A stretch of DNA of 64,000 nt from assembly GCA_945878845.1 (NCBI GenBank), contig CAMCUB010000003.1:62482-126481 (forward strand), given 5' to 3'. Positions 18,249 through 26,294 of the stretch are shown in pieces. A program made the position numbers and the translations under genes. How positions within the stretch are numbered: the first letter of the stretch is position 1; every line of letters starts with the position of its first letter. This stretch comes from Erythrobacter sanguineus. Its GTDB lineage: Bacteria > Pseudomonadota > Alphaproteobacteria > Sphingomonadales > Sphingomonadaceae. The notes under the pieces are model-generated. The model made no database searches. It saw nothing but the letters and a program-made list of their open reading frames with translations, and had not been told where the DNA came from.

Positions 18249-19907
18249 ATGAGCGACACCAAGAAGGCTTCGGACGTTTTTGTCGAGTGCCTCGAAGCCG
18301 AGGGCTGCGAGTATATTTTCGGCGTTCCGGGGGAAGAAAACCTCGATTTTCTCGATTCGCTCAGCCGGTCAAAGCAGATCAAGCTGATCCTCACCCGCCA
18401 TGAGCAGGGCGCCGGCTTCATGGCCGCGACCTATGGCCGTCACACCGGCAAGACCGGCGTCTGCGTCGCCACGCTCGGGCCGGGGGCGACCAATTTCGTG
18501 ACGTCTGCCGCCTATGCGCAATTGGGCGGGATGCCGGTGCTGATGATCACCGGGCAGAAGCCCATCAAGAAGTCCAAACAGGGCCGCTTCCAGATCGTCG
18601 ATATCGTCTCGCTGATGAAGCCGATCACCAAATATGCGATCCAGATCGCGGCCGGCGACAACATCCCCAGCCGCGTGCGCGAGGCCTATCGCCTCGCCGA
18701 GGAGGAAAAGCCGGGCGCGACCCTGATTGAGCTGCCGGAGGATATCGCCGAAGAACCCACCACCGACTGGAAGCCGCTGCCCAAGAGCATCGCGCGGCGG
18801 CCCTCGGCCGAGCCCAAGGCGGTGCGCGCCGCGGTCAAGGCGATCGAGGCGGCCAAGAACCCGGTGCTGGTGATCGGCGCGGGCGCGAACCGCAAGCTGT
18901 GCGGGCGGATGCTCGAACAGCTGGTCGAGAAGACCGGCATCCCCTTCCTCACCACCCAGATGGGCAAGGGCGTGATCGACGAGCGGCATCCCAAGTTCCT
19001 CGGCTGCGCGGCGCTGTCGGCAGGGGACTTCGTCCACCGCGCGGTCGAAGCGTCGGACTGCATCATCAATGTCGGGCATGACGTGATCGAAAAGCCGCCC
19101 TTCTTCATGAAGGACAATGGCGTCACCGTGATCCACGTCTCGACCCGCACTGCCGAGGTCGACCCGGTCTACTTCCCGCAGATCGAGGTGATCGGCGATA
19201 TCGCCAACGCGATCTGGCAGATCAAGGAAGACATCAGCCCCAACCGCAGCTGGGATTTTGCCCACATGCTCGCCTTCCACAAGGCCGAGATGGAGCACAC
19301 CGGCAAGCTCGCCGCCGATACCCGCTTCCCGATCTTCCCGCCGCATCTGGTGCAGCAGGTCCGCGATGCGATGCCGCATGACGGGATCATCTGCCTCGAC
19401 AACGGGGTCTACAAAATCTGGTTCGCGCGCGGCTATACTGCTTACCTGCCCAACACCGTGCTGCTCGACAATGCGCTGGCGACGATGGGCGCAGGCCTGC
19501 CGAGCGCGATGATGAGCGCGATGCTCTATCCCGAGCGCAAGGTGATGGCGATCTGCGGCGATGGCGGGTTCATGATGAACAGCCAGGAGATGGAGACCGC
19601 GGTGCGCCTCGGCCTCCATCTCACCGTGCTGATCCTGCGTGATGACGCTTACGGGATGATCCGCTGGAAGCAGGCGAACATGGGCTTTGTCGATTTCGGC
19701 CTGACCTATGGCAACCCCGATTTCGTCAAATACGCCGAAAGCTACGGCGCGACCGGGCACCGGGTGACCTCGTCCGATCACCTTCGCGAACTGCTCGCCC
19801 ACTGCCGCGATACGCCGGGCGTGCATCTGATCGATTGTCCGGTGGACTACACCGAGAACGATCAGATCCTGAACAAGGATATCAAACGGCTGTCGAAGGA
19901 ATTGTAG
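18249..19907 (+). CDS. thiamine-diphosphate enzyme, acetolactate synthase large-subunit-like
   Basis: ATG at 18249 (MSDTKKASDVFVECLEAEG). TPP motif GDGGFMMNSQEMETAVR. Confidence 0.8.
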   Translation: MSDTKKASDVFVECLEAEGCEYIFGVPGEENLDFLDSLSRSKQIKLILTRHEQGAGFMAATYGRHTGKTGVCVATLGPGATNFVTSAAYAQLGGMPVLMITGQKPIKKSKQGRFQIVDIVSLMKPITKYAIQIAAGDNIPSRVREAYRLAEEEKPGATLIELPEDIAEEPTTDWKPLPKSIARRPSAEPKAVRAAVKAIEAAKNPVLVIGAGANRKLCGRMLEQLVEKTGIPFLTTQMGKGVIDERHPKFLGCAALSAGDFVHRAVEASDCIINVGHDVIEKPPFFMKDNGVTVIHVSTRTAEVDPVYFPQIEVIGDIANAIWQIKEDISPNRSWDFAHMLAFHKAEMEHTGKLAADTRFPIFPPHLVQQVRDAMPHDGIICLDNGVYKIWFARGYTAYLPNTVLLDNALATMGAGLPSAMMSAMLYPERKVMAICGDGGFMMNSQEMETAVRLGLHLTVLILRDDAYGMIRWKQANMGFVDFGLTYGNPDFVKYAESYGATGHRVTSSDHLRELLAHCRDTPGVHLIDCPVDYTENDQILNKDIKRLSKEL

Positions 19908-19914
19908 GTCCTAT

Positions 19915-20001
19915 CGTCTCCCCGGGCTTGCCCCGGGGCCCCGCTTCCTTCCCGCGGCGGCCCAAGAAGAAGCGGGATCCCGGATCAGGTCCGGGAAGAC
20001 G
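19915..20001. repeat. family B double-hairpin repeat, copy 2
   Basis: CGTCTCCCCGGGCTTGCCCCGGGGCCCCGC ... GGGATCCCGGATCAGGTCCGGGAAGACG. It lies between the ThDP-enzyme and ALDH genes. Confidence 0.65.
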
Positions 20002-20018
20002 AGGAAGACGTAGCAGCC

Positions 20019-21458
20019 ATGCCCCAGCTCAAATCCACCTACCCCCTCTACCTCAACAACAAGGCGGTGCAGCCCAACACCGACCTTGAGGTCACCGATA
20101 AATACACCGGCGAGGTTGCCTTCCGCACCGCGCTCGCCACGCCCGATGTGATCGAGGAAGCCATTGCGGGCGCGGTGCGCGCGGCCGAGCCGATGGCGCG
20201 GCTTGCCTCCTACGAGAAGCAGGACGTGCTGATGCACTGCGTCTGCCGCTTCCGCGAGCGTTTCGATGAACTCGCCTATGCGCTGTGTGTCGAGGCGGGC
20301 AAGCCGATCAAGGATGCCGAAGGCGAAGTCACGCGCCTGATCGACACCTTCCGCATCGCCGCCGAGGAATCGGTCAGGAACTACGGCGAGGTCCAGCCGC
20401 TCGACATCTCCCCGCGCGCCAAGGGCTATCAGGGGATGTGGAAGCGCGTGCCGATCGGGCCGTGCAGCTTCATCTCGCCGTTCAACTTCCCGCTGAACCT
20501 CGCCGCGCACAAGATTGCGCCTGCGATTGCGGTCGGCTGCCCCTTCGTGATGAAGCCCGCCTCCAAGACCCCCTTGGGCGCGATCATCATGGGTGAGGTG
20601 CTGGCCGAGTGCGACGTGCTGCCCGAGGGCGCCTTCTCAATCCTCCCCGCCAGCCGCGACGGGGCGGACCTCTTCACCGAAGACGAGCGGCTGAAGCTGC
20701 TCTCCTTCACCGGCTCACCGGGCGTGGGCTGGGACCTCAAGGCCAAGGCGGGCAAGAAGAAGGTCGTGCTCGAACTGGGCGGCAATGCGGCCGTCATCAT
20801 CGACAAGGATGCCGACCTTGCCGACGCGCTCGAGCGGGTGATCTTCGGCGCCTTCTACCAGTCGGGCCAGTCCTGCATCGGGGTGCAGCGCATCCTGATC
20901 CACGACGCGGTCTACGACGCCTTCAAGGCGATGCTGGTGACACGGGCCGGAAAACTGATCGCAGGCGACCCCAAGGACCGCGACACCTTCATCGGCCCGA
21001 TGATCTCCGACGGCGAGGCCAAGCGCTTGAAGGGCTGGATCGACGAGGCGGTTGCGGCCGGCGCGACTCTGCTGTGCGGCGGGGGCCTCAGCCGCGGCAA
21101 CATGCTCGAAGCGACGCTGCTCGAAGGCGTGCCCGATGATGCCAAGGCCAAGAACGAGGAAGCCTTCGGCCCGCTCGCCATCCTGCAACGCTTCACCCAC
21201 TTCGATGAAGCGCTGGAGGAGGTGAACAACTCCAAGTTCGGGCTTCAGGCGGGGATCTTCACCCGCGACCTGTTCCAGATGTTCGACGCCTGGGACCGGC
21301 TCGATGTCGGCGGCGTGGTGATCAATGACGTGCCGAGCTACCGGGTCGACAACATGCCCTATGGCGGCGTGAAGGATTCAGGCCTCGGCCGCGAAGGCGT
21401 GCGCTTCGCGATGGAGGACATGAGCGAGATCCGGAATCTGGTTATCCGCAGAAACTGA
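20019..21458 (+). CDS. aldehyde dehydrogenase family protein
   Basis: ELGGNA and catalytic GQSCIGVQR motifs; 479 aa. Confidence 0.85.
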   Translation: MPQLKSTYPLYLNNKAVQPNTDLEVTDKYTGEVAFRTALATPDVIEEAIAGAVRAAEPMARLASYEKQDVLMHCVCRFRERFDELAYALCVEAGKPIKDAEGEVTRLIDTFRIAAEESVRNYGEVQPLDISPRAKGYQGMWKRVPIGPCSFISPFNFPLNLAAHKIAPAIAVGCPFVMKPASKTPLGAIIMGEVLAECDVLPEGAFSILPASRDGADLFTEDERLKLLSFTGSPGVGWDLKAKAGKKKVVLELGGNAAVIIDKDADLADALERVIFGAFYQSGQSCIGVQRILIHDAVYDAFKAMLVTRAGKLIAGDPKDRDTFIGPMISDGEAKRLKGWIDEAVAAGATLLCGGGLSRGNMLEATLLEGVPDDAKAKNEEAFGPLAILQRFTHFDEALEEVNNSKFGLQAGIFTRDLFQMFDAWDRLDVGGVVINDVPSYRVDNMPYGGVKDSGLGREGVRFAMEDMSEIRNLVIRRN

Positions 21459-21460
21459 TT

Positions 21461-21566
21461 TCGTCATTGCGAGCCGAAGGCGAAGCAATCCATGAACTGC
21501 CGCCGCGTTCTGGGCGGGTGTCCGATGATGGATTGCCGCGTCGCCTTCGGCTCCTCGCAATGACGA
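21461..21566. repeat. family A palindromic MITE/REP-like element, copy 2
   Basis: Same ~35-nt arms as 4696..4805, with a different ~35-nt centre. It lies between convergent genes. Confidence 0.7.
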
Positions 21567-21576
21567 TGCTTGGGCC

Positions 21577-22002
21577 TTACCCCTCCTCCAGCAGCAGCAG
21601 CACCGCGGTGACCTCGAGCCGCTCCATCGCGCCGAAGCGGTGGTCGACCTTGGTGATCGCGGCATCGGCGACCAGCTGGCGGGGGATGGTGAATTCGTGA
21701 TCGGGCAGGCGCTCGATCAGTTCCTCTCCGGCCGCGACCGCTTCGGCGCCGCAGAATTCGAGCACCATCTCGTGGCGCGTGCCGGCGAAGGTGATCGAGG
21801 CCCAGGCCTTCTCCTCATGGCCGAGCACCGTGCCGGCGCCGCCGGTGATGTCCATCAGCCCCGCGCGCACCCGGTCGGTAAGCGTGCGGCGCGGGCGCAG
21901 CGCGGCCGGCGCGCTGACGGGGAGGGGGGCGGACTTGACCTCGACAGGCGCGAAATCGGCGGTGAGGTGCGCGAAGGGATCGCGCAAGCTTTCGGTGAGC
22001 AT
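21577..22002 (-). CDS. hypothetical protein (141 aa), second gene of the operon divergent from the S24 repressor
   Basis: ORF with no recognisable motif. Its ATG overlaps the upstream stop (TGATG at 22000..22004). Confidence 0.5.
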   Translation of the reverse strand: MLTESLRDPFAHLTADFAPVEVKSAPLPVSAPAALRPRRTLTDRVRAGLMDITGGAGTVLGHEEKAWASITFAGTRHEMVLEFCGAEAVAAGEELIERLPDHEFTIPRQLVADAAITKVDHRFGAMERLEVTAVLLLLEEG

Positions 22003-22217
22003 CAGGCCATCTCCCCCGGCTTGGCAAACTCCATATCGGCGGCGCCTGCGGCATAGCCCTGCATCCAGGCGCGGGTGCGCATCTCGGTTTCGCGGCGCGG
22101 GGTGCGGCCCATGCGCAGGTCGAGCACGAAGCGCGGATCGTGGACGGCGAGCCGCCCGAACTTGGTGGCGGGCAGGTTGTGCGTCCTCAGGAAGGTTTCG
22201 ACGGTCCGTAGCAGCAT
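22002..22217 (-). CDS. small putative DNA-binding protein (71 aa)
   Basis: MLLRTVETFLRTHNLPATKFGRLAVHDPRFVLDLRMGR: an HTH-like pattern seen in small alphaproteobacterial regulator-like ORFs (from memory, not searched). Confidence 0.5.
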   Translation of the reverse strand: MLLRTVETFLRTHNLPATKFGRLAVHDPRFVLDLRMGRTPRRETEMRTRAWMQGYAAGAADMEFAKPGEMA

Positions 22218-22249
22218 GGTTTTGCGTCCCTCAAATTGCTGATCTGGGT

Positions 22250-22316
22250 GATTCGCACCGGGCGATTCGCTCGATGTTCCTGATTTGTTTCACTACATTT
22301 CCTACTTGTCTAGGAA
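22250..22316. promoter_or_regulatory. operator-like repeat cluster in the divergent promoter region
   Basis: GATTCGC at 22250 and 22264 (period 14; each contains GANTC). GTTC-N7-GTTT at 22276..22290. Inverted repeat TTCCTA-N6-TAGGAA at 22299..22316. Confidence 0.3.
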
Positions 22317-22340
22317 AAATCTTTCGCATAGGATGATTTC

Positions 22341-23021
22341 ATGTCCGAGATTGTCCAAAACCACCGTGAAATCCCCGATGGCCCCCGCGCGCGGCTGCTC
22401 CAATTGTCGCAGGCGAGGGGGGTGAGCCTTGCGGCGCTCTCCGAGTTGCTCGGGCGTAATCCGTCCTATCTCCAGCAATTTATTCGCAAAGGATCGCCCC
22501 GTAAGCTGGAGGAGCAAGACCGCGCCACGCTCGCCCGCTTCCTCGGCGTGGGCGAGGAGGAATTGCGCGAGCCGCAGGAAAATTCCTACGTAAAGGCCCC
22601 TAGGGCGCGCGACGCAGTCGAATGGGTCGAGGTGCCACGGCTTGATTTCGGCGCGGCGGCAGGGGCAGGGCGGGTGCCGGGCGCCGAAGCGGCCTTCGAG
22701 ACCTTCCGTTTCTCGCGCCGCTGGCTCGAGGAACAGGGCCTCGCCCGCGCGCAGCTCTCCGCTATCCGGGTCGAGGGGGATTCAATGGAGCCGCTGCTCA
22801 ACGACGGCGACGAAATCCTCGTCGACCGCGCCCCCCGCCCGTTCCGCGACGGCATCCACGTGGTGCGCCTCGGCGACACGCTGATGGTCAAGCGCGTCGC
22901 CAGCGCGGGGCCGGGGCGGGTGGCGCTCTTGTCGCAGAACTTCGCCTACCCGCCGGTCGAGGTCGCGGCCGAGGAAATCGAGATTATCGGGCGGGTTGTG
23001 TGGAAGGGGGGGCGGGTTTAG
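22341..23021 (+). CDS. CI/PrtR-like repressor: XRE-type HTH plus S24 (LexA-like) self-cleaving peptidase domain
   Basis: HTH VSLAALSELLGRNPSYLQQFIRKG. Ala-Gly-rich linker AAAGAG. Ser/Lys dyad motifs GDSMEP and MVKRV. Confidence 0.8.
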   Translation: MSEIVQNHREIPDGPRARLLQLSQARGVSLAALSELLGRNPSYLQQFIRKGSPRKLEEQDRATLARFLGVGEEELREPQENSYVKAPRARDAVEWVEVPRLDFGAAAGAGRVPGAEAAFETFRFSRRWLEEQGLARAQLSAIRVEGDSMEPLLNDGDEILVDRAPRPFRDGIHVVRLGDTLMVKRVASAGPGRVALLSQNFAYPPVEVAAEEIEIIGRVVWKGGRV

Positions 23022-23032
23022 TCGCGCCGCCC

Positions 23033-23476
23033 ATGAGTGATCTCGTCAGCGACACGGCTATCGCCGATCACGCCGCCCGGGTGCAGGCGGCGACCTTGCC
23101 CAAACCCGAGTGGACCCACGCGGGCCATTTCGCCTTCGCGCTATGGTGCCTGCGCCACGATCCGCCTTCCGCCGCGCCTGAGGCGATGCGCCGCACCATC
23201 ATGGCGCTCAACGATGCGCATGGCACCCCCAACACCGACAGCGCGGGCTATCACCACACCATCACCATCGTCTCGCTCCATGCCGCGGGGCTGGTGCTGG
23301 AGGCAAATCCCGGCGCGCCGCTTGGCGAGGTGCTGGCGGCGCTGATGGCAGGGCGCGTCGGGCGTTCGGACTGGATACTCGAGCACTGGTCGCGCGAGGT
23401 GCTGTTCAGCCCCGCAGCGCGGCGCGACTGGGTCGCGCCTGATCTGGCGGCGCTGCCTGCCGCGCACTTTGGGTGA
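23033..23476 (+). CDS. hypothetical protein
   Basis: ATG at 23033 (MSDLVSDTAI) within ORF 23000..23476. I recognise no motif. Confidence 0.45.
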   Translation: MSDLVSDTAIADHAARVQAATLPKPEWTHAGHFAFALWCLRHDPPSAAPEAMRRTIMALNDAHGTPNTDSAGYHHTITIVSLHAAGLVLEANPGAPLGEVLAALMAGRVGRSDWILEHWSREVLFSPAARRDWVAPDLAALPAAHFG

Positions 23477-23512
23477 TTGCAATTGCATGGGGCTCGCGGC
23501 ACATCCGCGCCT

Positions 23513-24184
23513 ATGACCGACACTCCCAAGCCCCTCCCTCCCATGCGCGCCGCGATCATTCCGGTGACGCCGCTCCAGCAGAACTGCTCGCTGATCTGGT
23601 GCGCCAAGACCATGAAGGGCGCGCTGGTCGATCCGGGCGGGGATCTCGACAGGCTCAAGGAGGGCGTCGCCAAGGCCGGCGTTACCCTCGAAAAGCTGCT
23701 CGTCACCCACGGGCACCTCGATCATTGCGGGCAGACCGGGATGCTGGCCGAGGAGCTGGGGCTCGACATCGAGGGCCCGCACGAGGATGACCGCTTCTGG
23801 ATCGACCAGCTCGACGATGACGGCCCGCGCTGGGGGATGGTGGCCAAGAGCTTCACCCCGACCCGCTGGCTCAAGCACGGCGACACGGTGACGGTGGGCG
23901 AGTTGACGCTCGATGTGATCCACTGCCCCGGCCACACGCCAGGCCACGTGGTGTTCTTCCACGAGCCCAGCCGCTTTGCGATTGTCGGCGATGTCTTGTT
24001 CCAGGGCTCGATCGGCCGCACCGATTTCCCGCGCGGCAATCATCAGGACCTGATCGACAGCATCACCCAGCGGCTCTGGCCGCTGGGCGAGGACGTGATG
24101 TTCATCCCCGGCCACGGCCCGACCAGCACCTTCGGCCGCGAGCGCAAGACGAACGCATTTGTGAGCGACTACGCGCTGTCCTGA
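23513..24184 (+). CDS. MBL-fold metallo-hydrolase (glyoxalase II-like)
   Basis: ATG at 23513. THGHLDHCG (HxHxDH) and HCPGHTPGH motifs. Confidence 0.85.
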   Translation: MTDTPKPLPPMRAAIIPVTPLQQNCSLIWCAKTMKGALVDPGGDLDRLKEGVAKAGVTLEKLLVTHGHLDHCGQTGMLAEELGLDIEGPHEDDRFWIDQLDDDGPRWGMVAKSFTPTRWLKHGDTVTVGELTLDVIHCPGHTPGHVVFFHEPSRFAIVGDVLFQGSIGRTDFPRGNHQDLIDSITQRLWPLGEDVMFIPGHGPTSTFGRERKTNAFVSDYALS

Positions 24185-24187
24185 TTG

Positions 24188-24210
24188 CGACCCCGCCTTG
24201 CGCGGGGTCG
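24188..24210 (+). terminator. hairpin after the MBL hydrolase gene
   Basis: CGACCCCGC-CTTGC-GCGGGGTCG: 9-bp stem, 4 nt after the stop. Weak T-tract. Confidence 0.4.
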
Positions 24211-24366
24211 TCCTCGGTGGGTCCTTGTTGCCCTACCGCTTCGCTACTTGAGGGCGGGTTCCCTCCGCTTCGCTACGGGCACCTGCGGCTCGGCCGCTTG
24301 GCCTCCCGGCCCGTCCTGCGGCGGGCCGGGAGGCGCCCTTAGTCGAGCGCTTATTTAGTCGAGCGC

Positions 24367-24762
24367 TTACATCACCCCCGCAGCCACCAGGCCCGCGACA
24401 ATCGCCAGCCCGAGTTGCACCAGCAGCGTCGTGATCGTGCCAACCATCCGGCCCATCTGCACCTTGCCGCCGTCCATGCCGAAGCCGTGGGCCACGCGGG
24501 CGATGAAGTAGGCTGCCGCCACATAGGCGAGCCACCAGCTGCCCTTGCCGGCAAGCTCGATTCCCGCAATCAGAACCAGAACGAAGCTGGTGTTCTCGAC
24601 GTAGTTCAATTGCGCGCGCATGCGCCGTTGCAACGCCTCGCTCCCGCCATCGCCGATGCTGATCTTGAGCGAGGTGCGCAAGGCACCGATGCGCAGGCCA
24701 AGCCAGATGTTGAGCACGGCGGCAGCCGCCGCCGCGGCGAGCGTTACAGGAAGCACGGTCAT
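24367..24762 (-). CDS. MAPEG family membrane protein
   Basis: ATG at 24762 (MTVLPVTLAAAAAAAVLNIWL). 131 aa, about 3-4 TM helices, RAQLNYVENT-type loop. Confidence 0.6.
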   Translation of the reverse strand: MTVLPVTLAAAAAAAVLNIWLGLRIGALRTSLKISIGDGGSEALQRRMRAQLNYVENTSFVLVLIAGIELAGKGSWWLAYVAAAYFIARVAHGFGMDGGKVQMGRMVGTITTLLVQLGLAIVAGLVAAGVM

Positions 24763-24996
24763 GTCTTTGATCCCCTCGATAGTGTTGCCCCACGCTAAGC
24801 GGGGCGGACTCGGGTTGCAACGCGAGATTTTTTCGCTATAGCGCGCCGCTTCCCGCCGCTGCTGGGCAAGGAATGCGCGCAAGTCTCGTGCTTGTGTGCG
24901 TGGGCTCCTTGCCGTAAGGGCGGCCTTCGAGAATCGCAGGCGCCCTCGGTCCAAAGGTGGTGGCGCAAGTCAGTAATTTGAGGAAATGGTGCCACC

Positions 24997-25173
24997 ATGG
25001 CTGTCCCAAAAAGAAAAGTTTCGCCTTCCCGTCGCGGCATGCGTCGTTCGCACGATGCTCTGAAGGTTGAGGCCTTCGGTGAATGCTCCAACTGCGGCGA
25101 GCTGAAGCGTCCGCACAACATCTGCGGCCATTGCGGCCACTATAACGGGCGTCAGGTCGTCGCCGTCGGCTGA
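24997..25173 (+). CDS. rpmF: 50S ribosomal protein L32
   Basis: Translated by hand: [58 protein letters not shown]. At 58 aa it is below the ORF-track cutoff. It precedes plsX-fabH. Confidence 0.9.
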   Translation: MAVPKRKVSPSRRGMRRSHDALKVEAFGECSNCGELKRPHNICGHCGHYNGRQVVAVG

Positions 25174-25211
25174 TTGCCGGTGGCCTTCATCCTAGACCGG
25201 AGTAACGCAGC

Positions 25212-26294
25212 ATGAACCTCCCGCGTATCGCCGTAGACGCGATGGGCGGCGATGAAGGCGTGCGCGTCATGGTCGAAGGCGCCGCGCTCGCCCGCCGCAA
25301 CCACGACAGCTTCAAGTTCCTGCTGGTCGGCGATGGCAAGCGGATCGAGGCTGCGCTCGAAAACCACCCGAACCTGCGAGCCGCCTCGGAAATTCTCCAT
25401 TGCGACGATGTGGTGGGCGGCGACGAGCTGCCCAGCAAGGCGATCCGCCGCGCCAAGAGCACCTCCATGGGCCTTGCCGTCAACGCGGTGAAGACGGGCG
25501 ACGCCGGCGCCGCGGTCAGTGCGGGCAACACCGGCGCGCTGATGGCGATGAGCAAGCTCGCGCTTCGCACCCTGCCGGGGATCGACCGCCCCGCGCTCGC
25601 CGCGATCATGCCGACCTTGCAGGCGCATGACGTGGTGATGCTCGACCTTGGCGCCAATACCGAGGCGGATGCGCGCAACCTCGTGCAATATGCGGTGATG
25701 GGCGCGGCCTATTCGCGGATCGTCAATGGCTTCGACAAGCCGGTCGTCCGCCTGCTCAACATCGGCACCGAAGAGATCAAGGGCACCGAGGAACTGCGCG
25801 ATGCCGCCGCGATGCTGACCGCCGCCGCGGCCGACGGGGGCCTCGCTCTGACCTTCGACGGCTTTGTCGAAAGCGACAAGATCAATCGCGGCGAGACCCA
25901 TGTGGTCGTCACCGACGGCTTTTCGGGCAATATCGCGCTGAAGGCGATCGAAGGCTCGGCGCGCTTCGTCACCGATCTGCTGCGGCAGGCCTTCACGTCT
26001 TCGCTGCGGTCCAAGATCGGCTTCCTGGTCTCGCGCCCGGCGACCGAATTATTGAAGCACCATCTCGATCCCAACAACCACAATGGCGCGGTCTTCCTTG
26101 GCCTCAACGGCGTGGTGGTGAAGAGCCACGGCAGCGCGAACGCCAAAGGCGTCGCCCATGCCGTCGCGGTGACCGCGCGGCTGCTCGAGAACAAGCTCAC
26201 CGAGCGGATCGCGCAGGACCTCTCGCGGCTGGGCGAGGGCACGCTGCGCCAGAACGCCCCGGCGGCACCCAAGGATAGCGAGACGCCCCTGTGA
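25212..26294 (+). CDS. plsX: phosphate acyltransferase
   Basis: [11 protein letters not shown]...GNTGALMA motifs; rpmF-plsX-fabH synteny. Confidence 0.95.
   Translation: MNLPRIAVDAMGGDEGVRVMVEGAALARRNHDSFKFLLVGDGKRIEAALENHPNLRAASEILHCDDVVGGDELPSKAIRRAKSTSMGLAVNAVKTGDAGAAVSAGNTGALMAMSKLALRTLPGIDRPALAAIMPTLQAHDVVMLDLGANTEADARNLVQYAVMGAAYSRIVNGFDKPVVRLLNIGTEEIKGTEELRDAAAMLTAAAADGGLALTFDGFVESDKINRGETHVVVTDGFSGNIALKAIEGSARFVTDLLRQAFTSSLRSKIGFLVSRPATELLKHHLDPNNHNGAVFLGLNGVVVKSHGSANAKGVAHAVAVTARLLENKLTERIAQDLSRLGEGTLRQNAPAAPKDSETPL

Noticed and set aside
22341-23021. Host LexA
   Set aside because: The N-terminus is an XRE/CI-type HTH (GRNPSYLQQFIRKG), not the LexA winged helix (…HELLLFI…SGIHRLI…-like). 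It is therefore called a CI/PrtR-like repressor.
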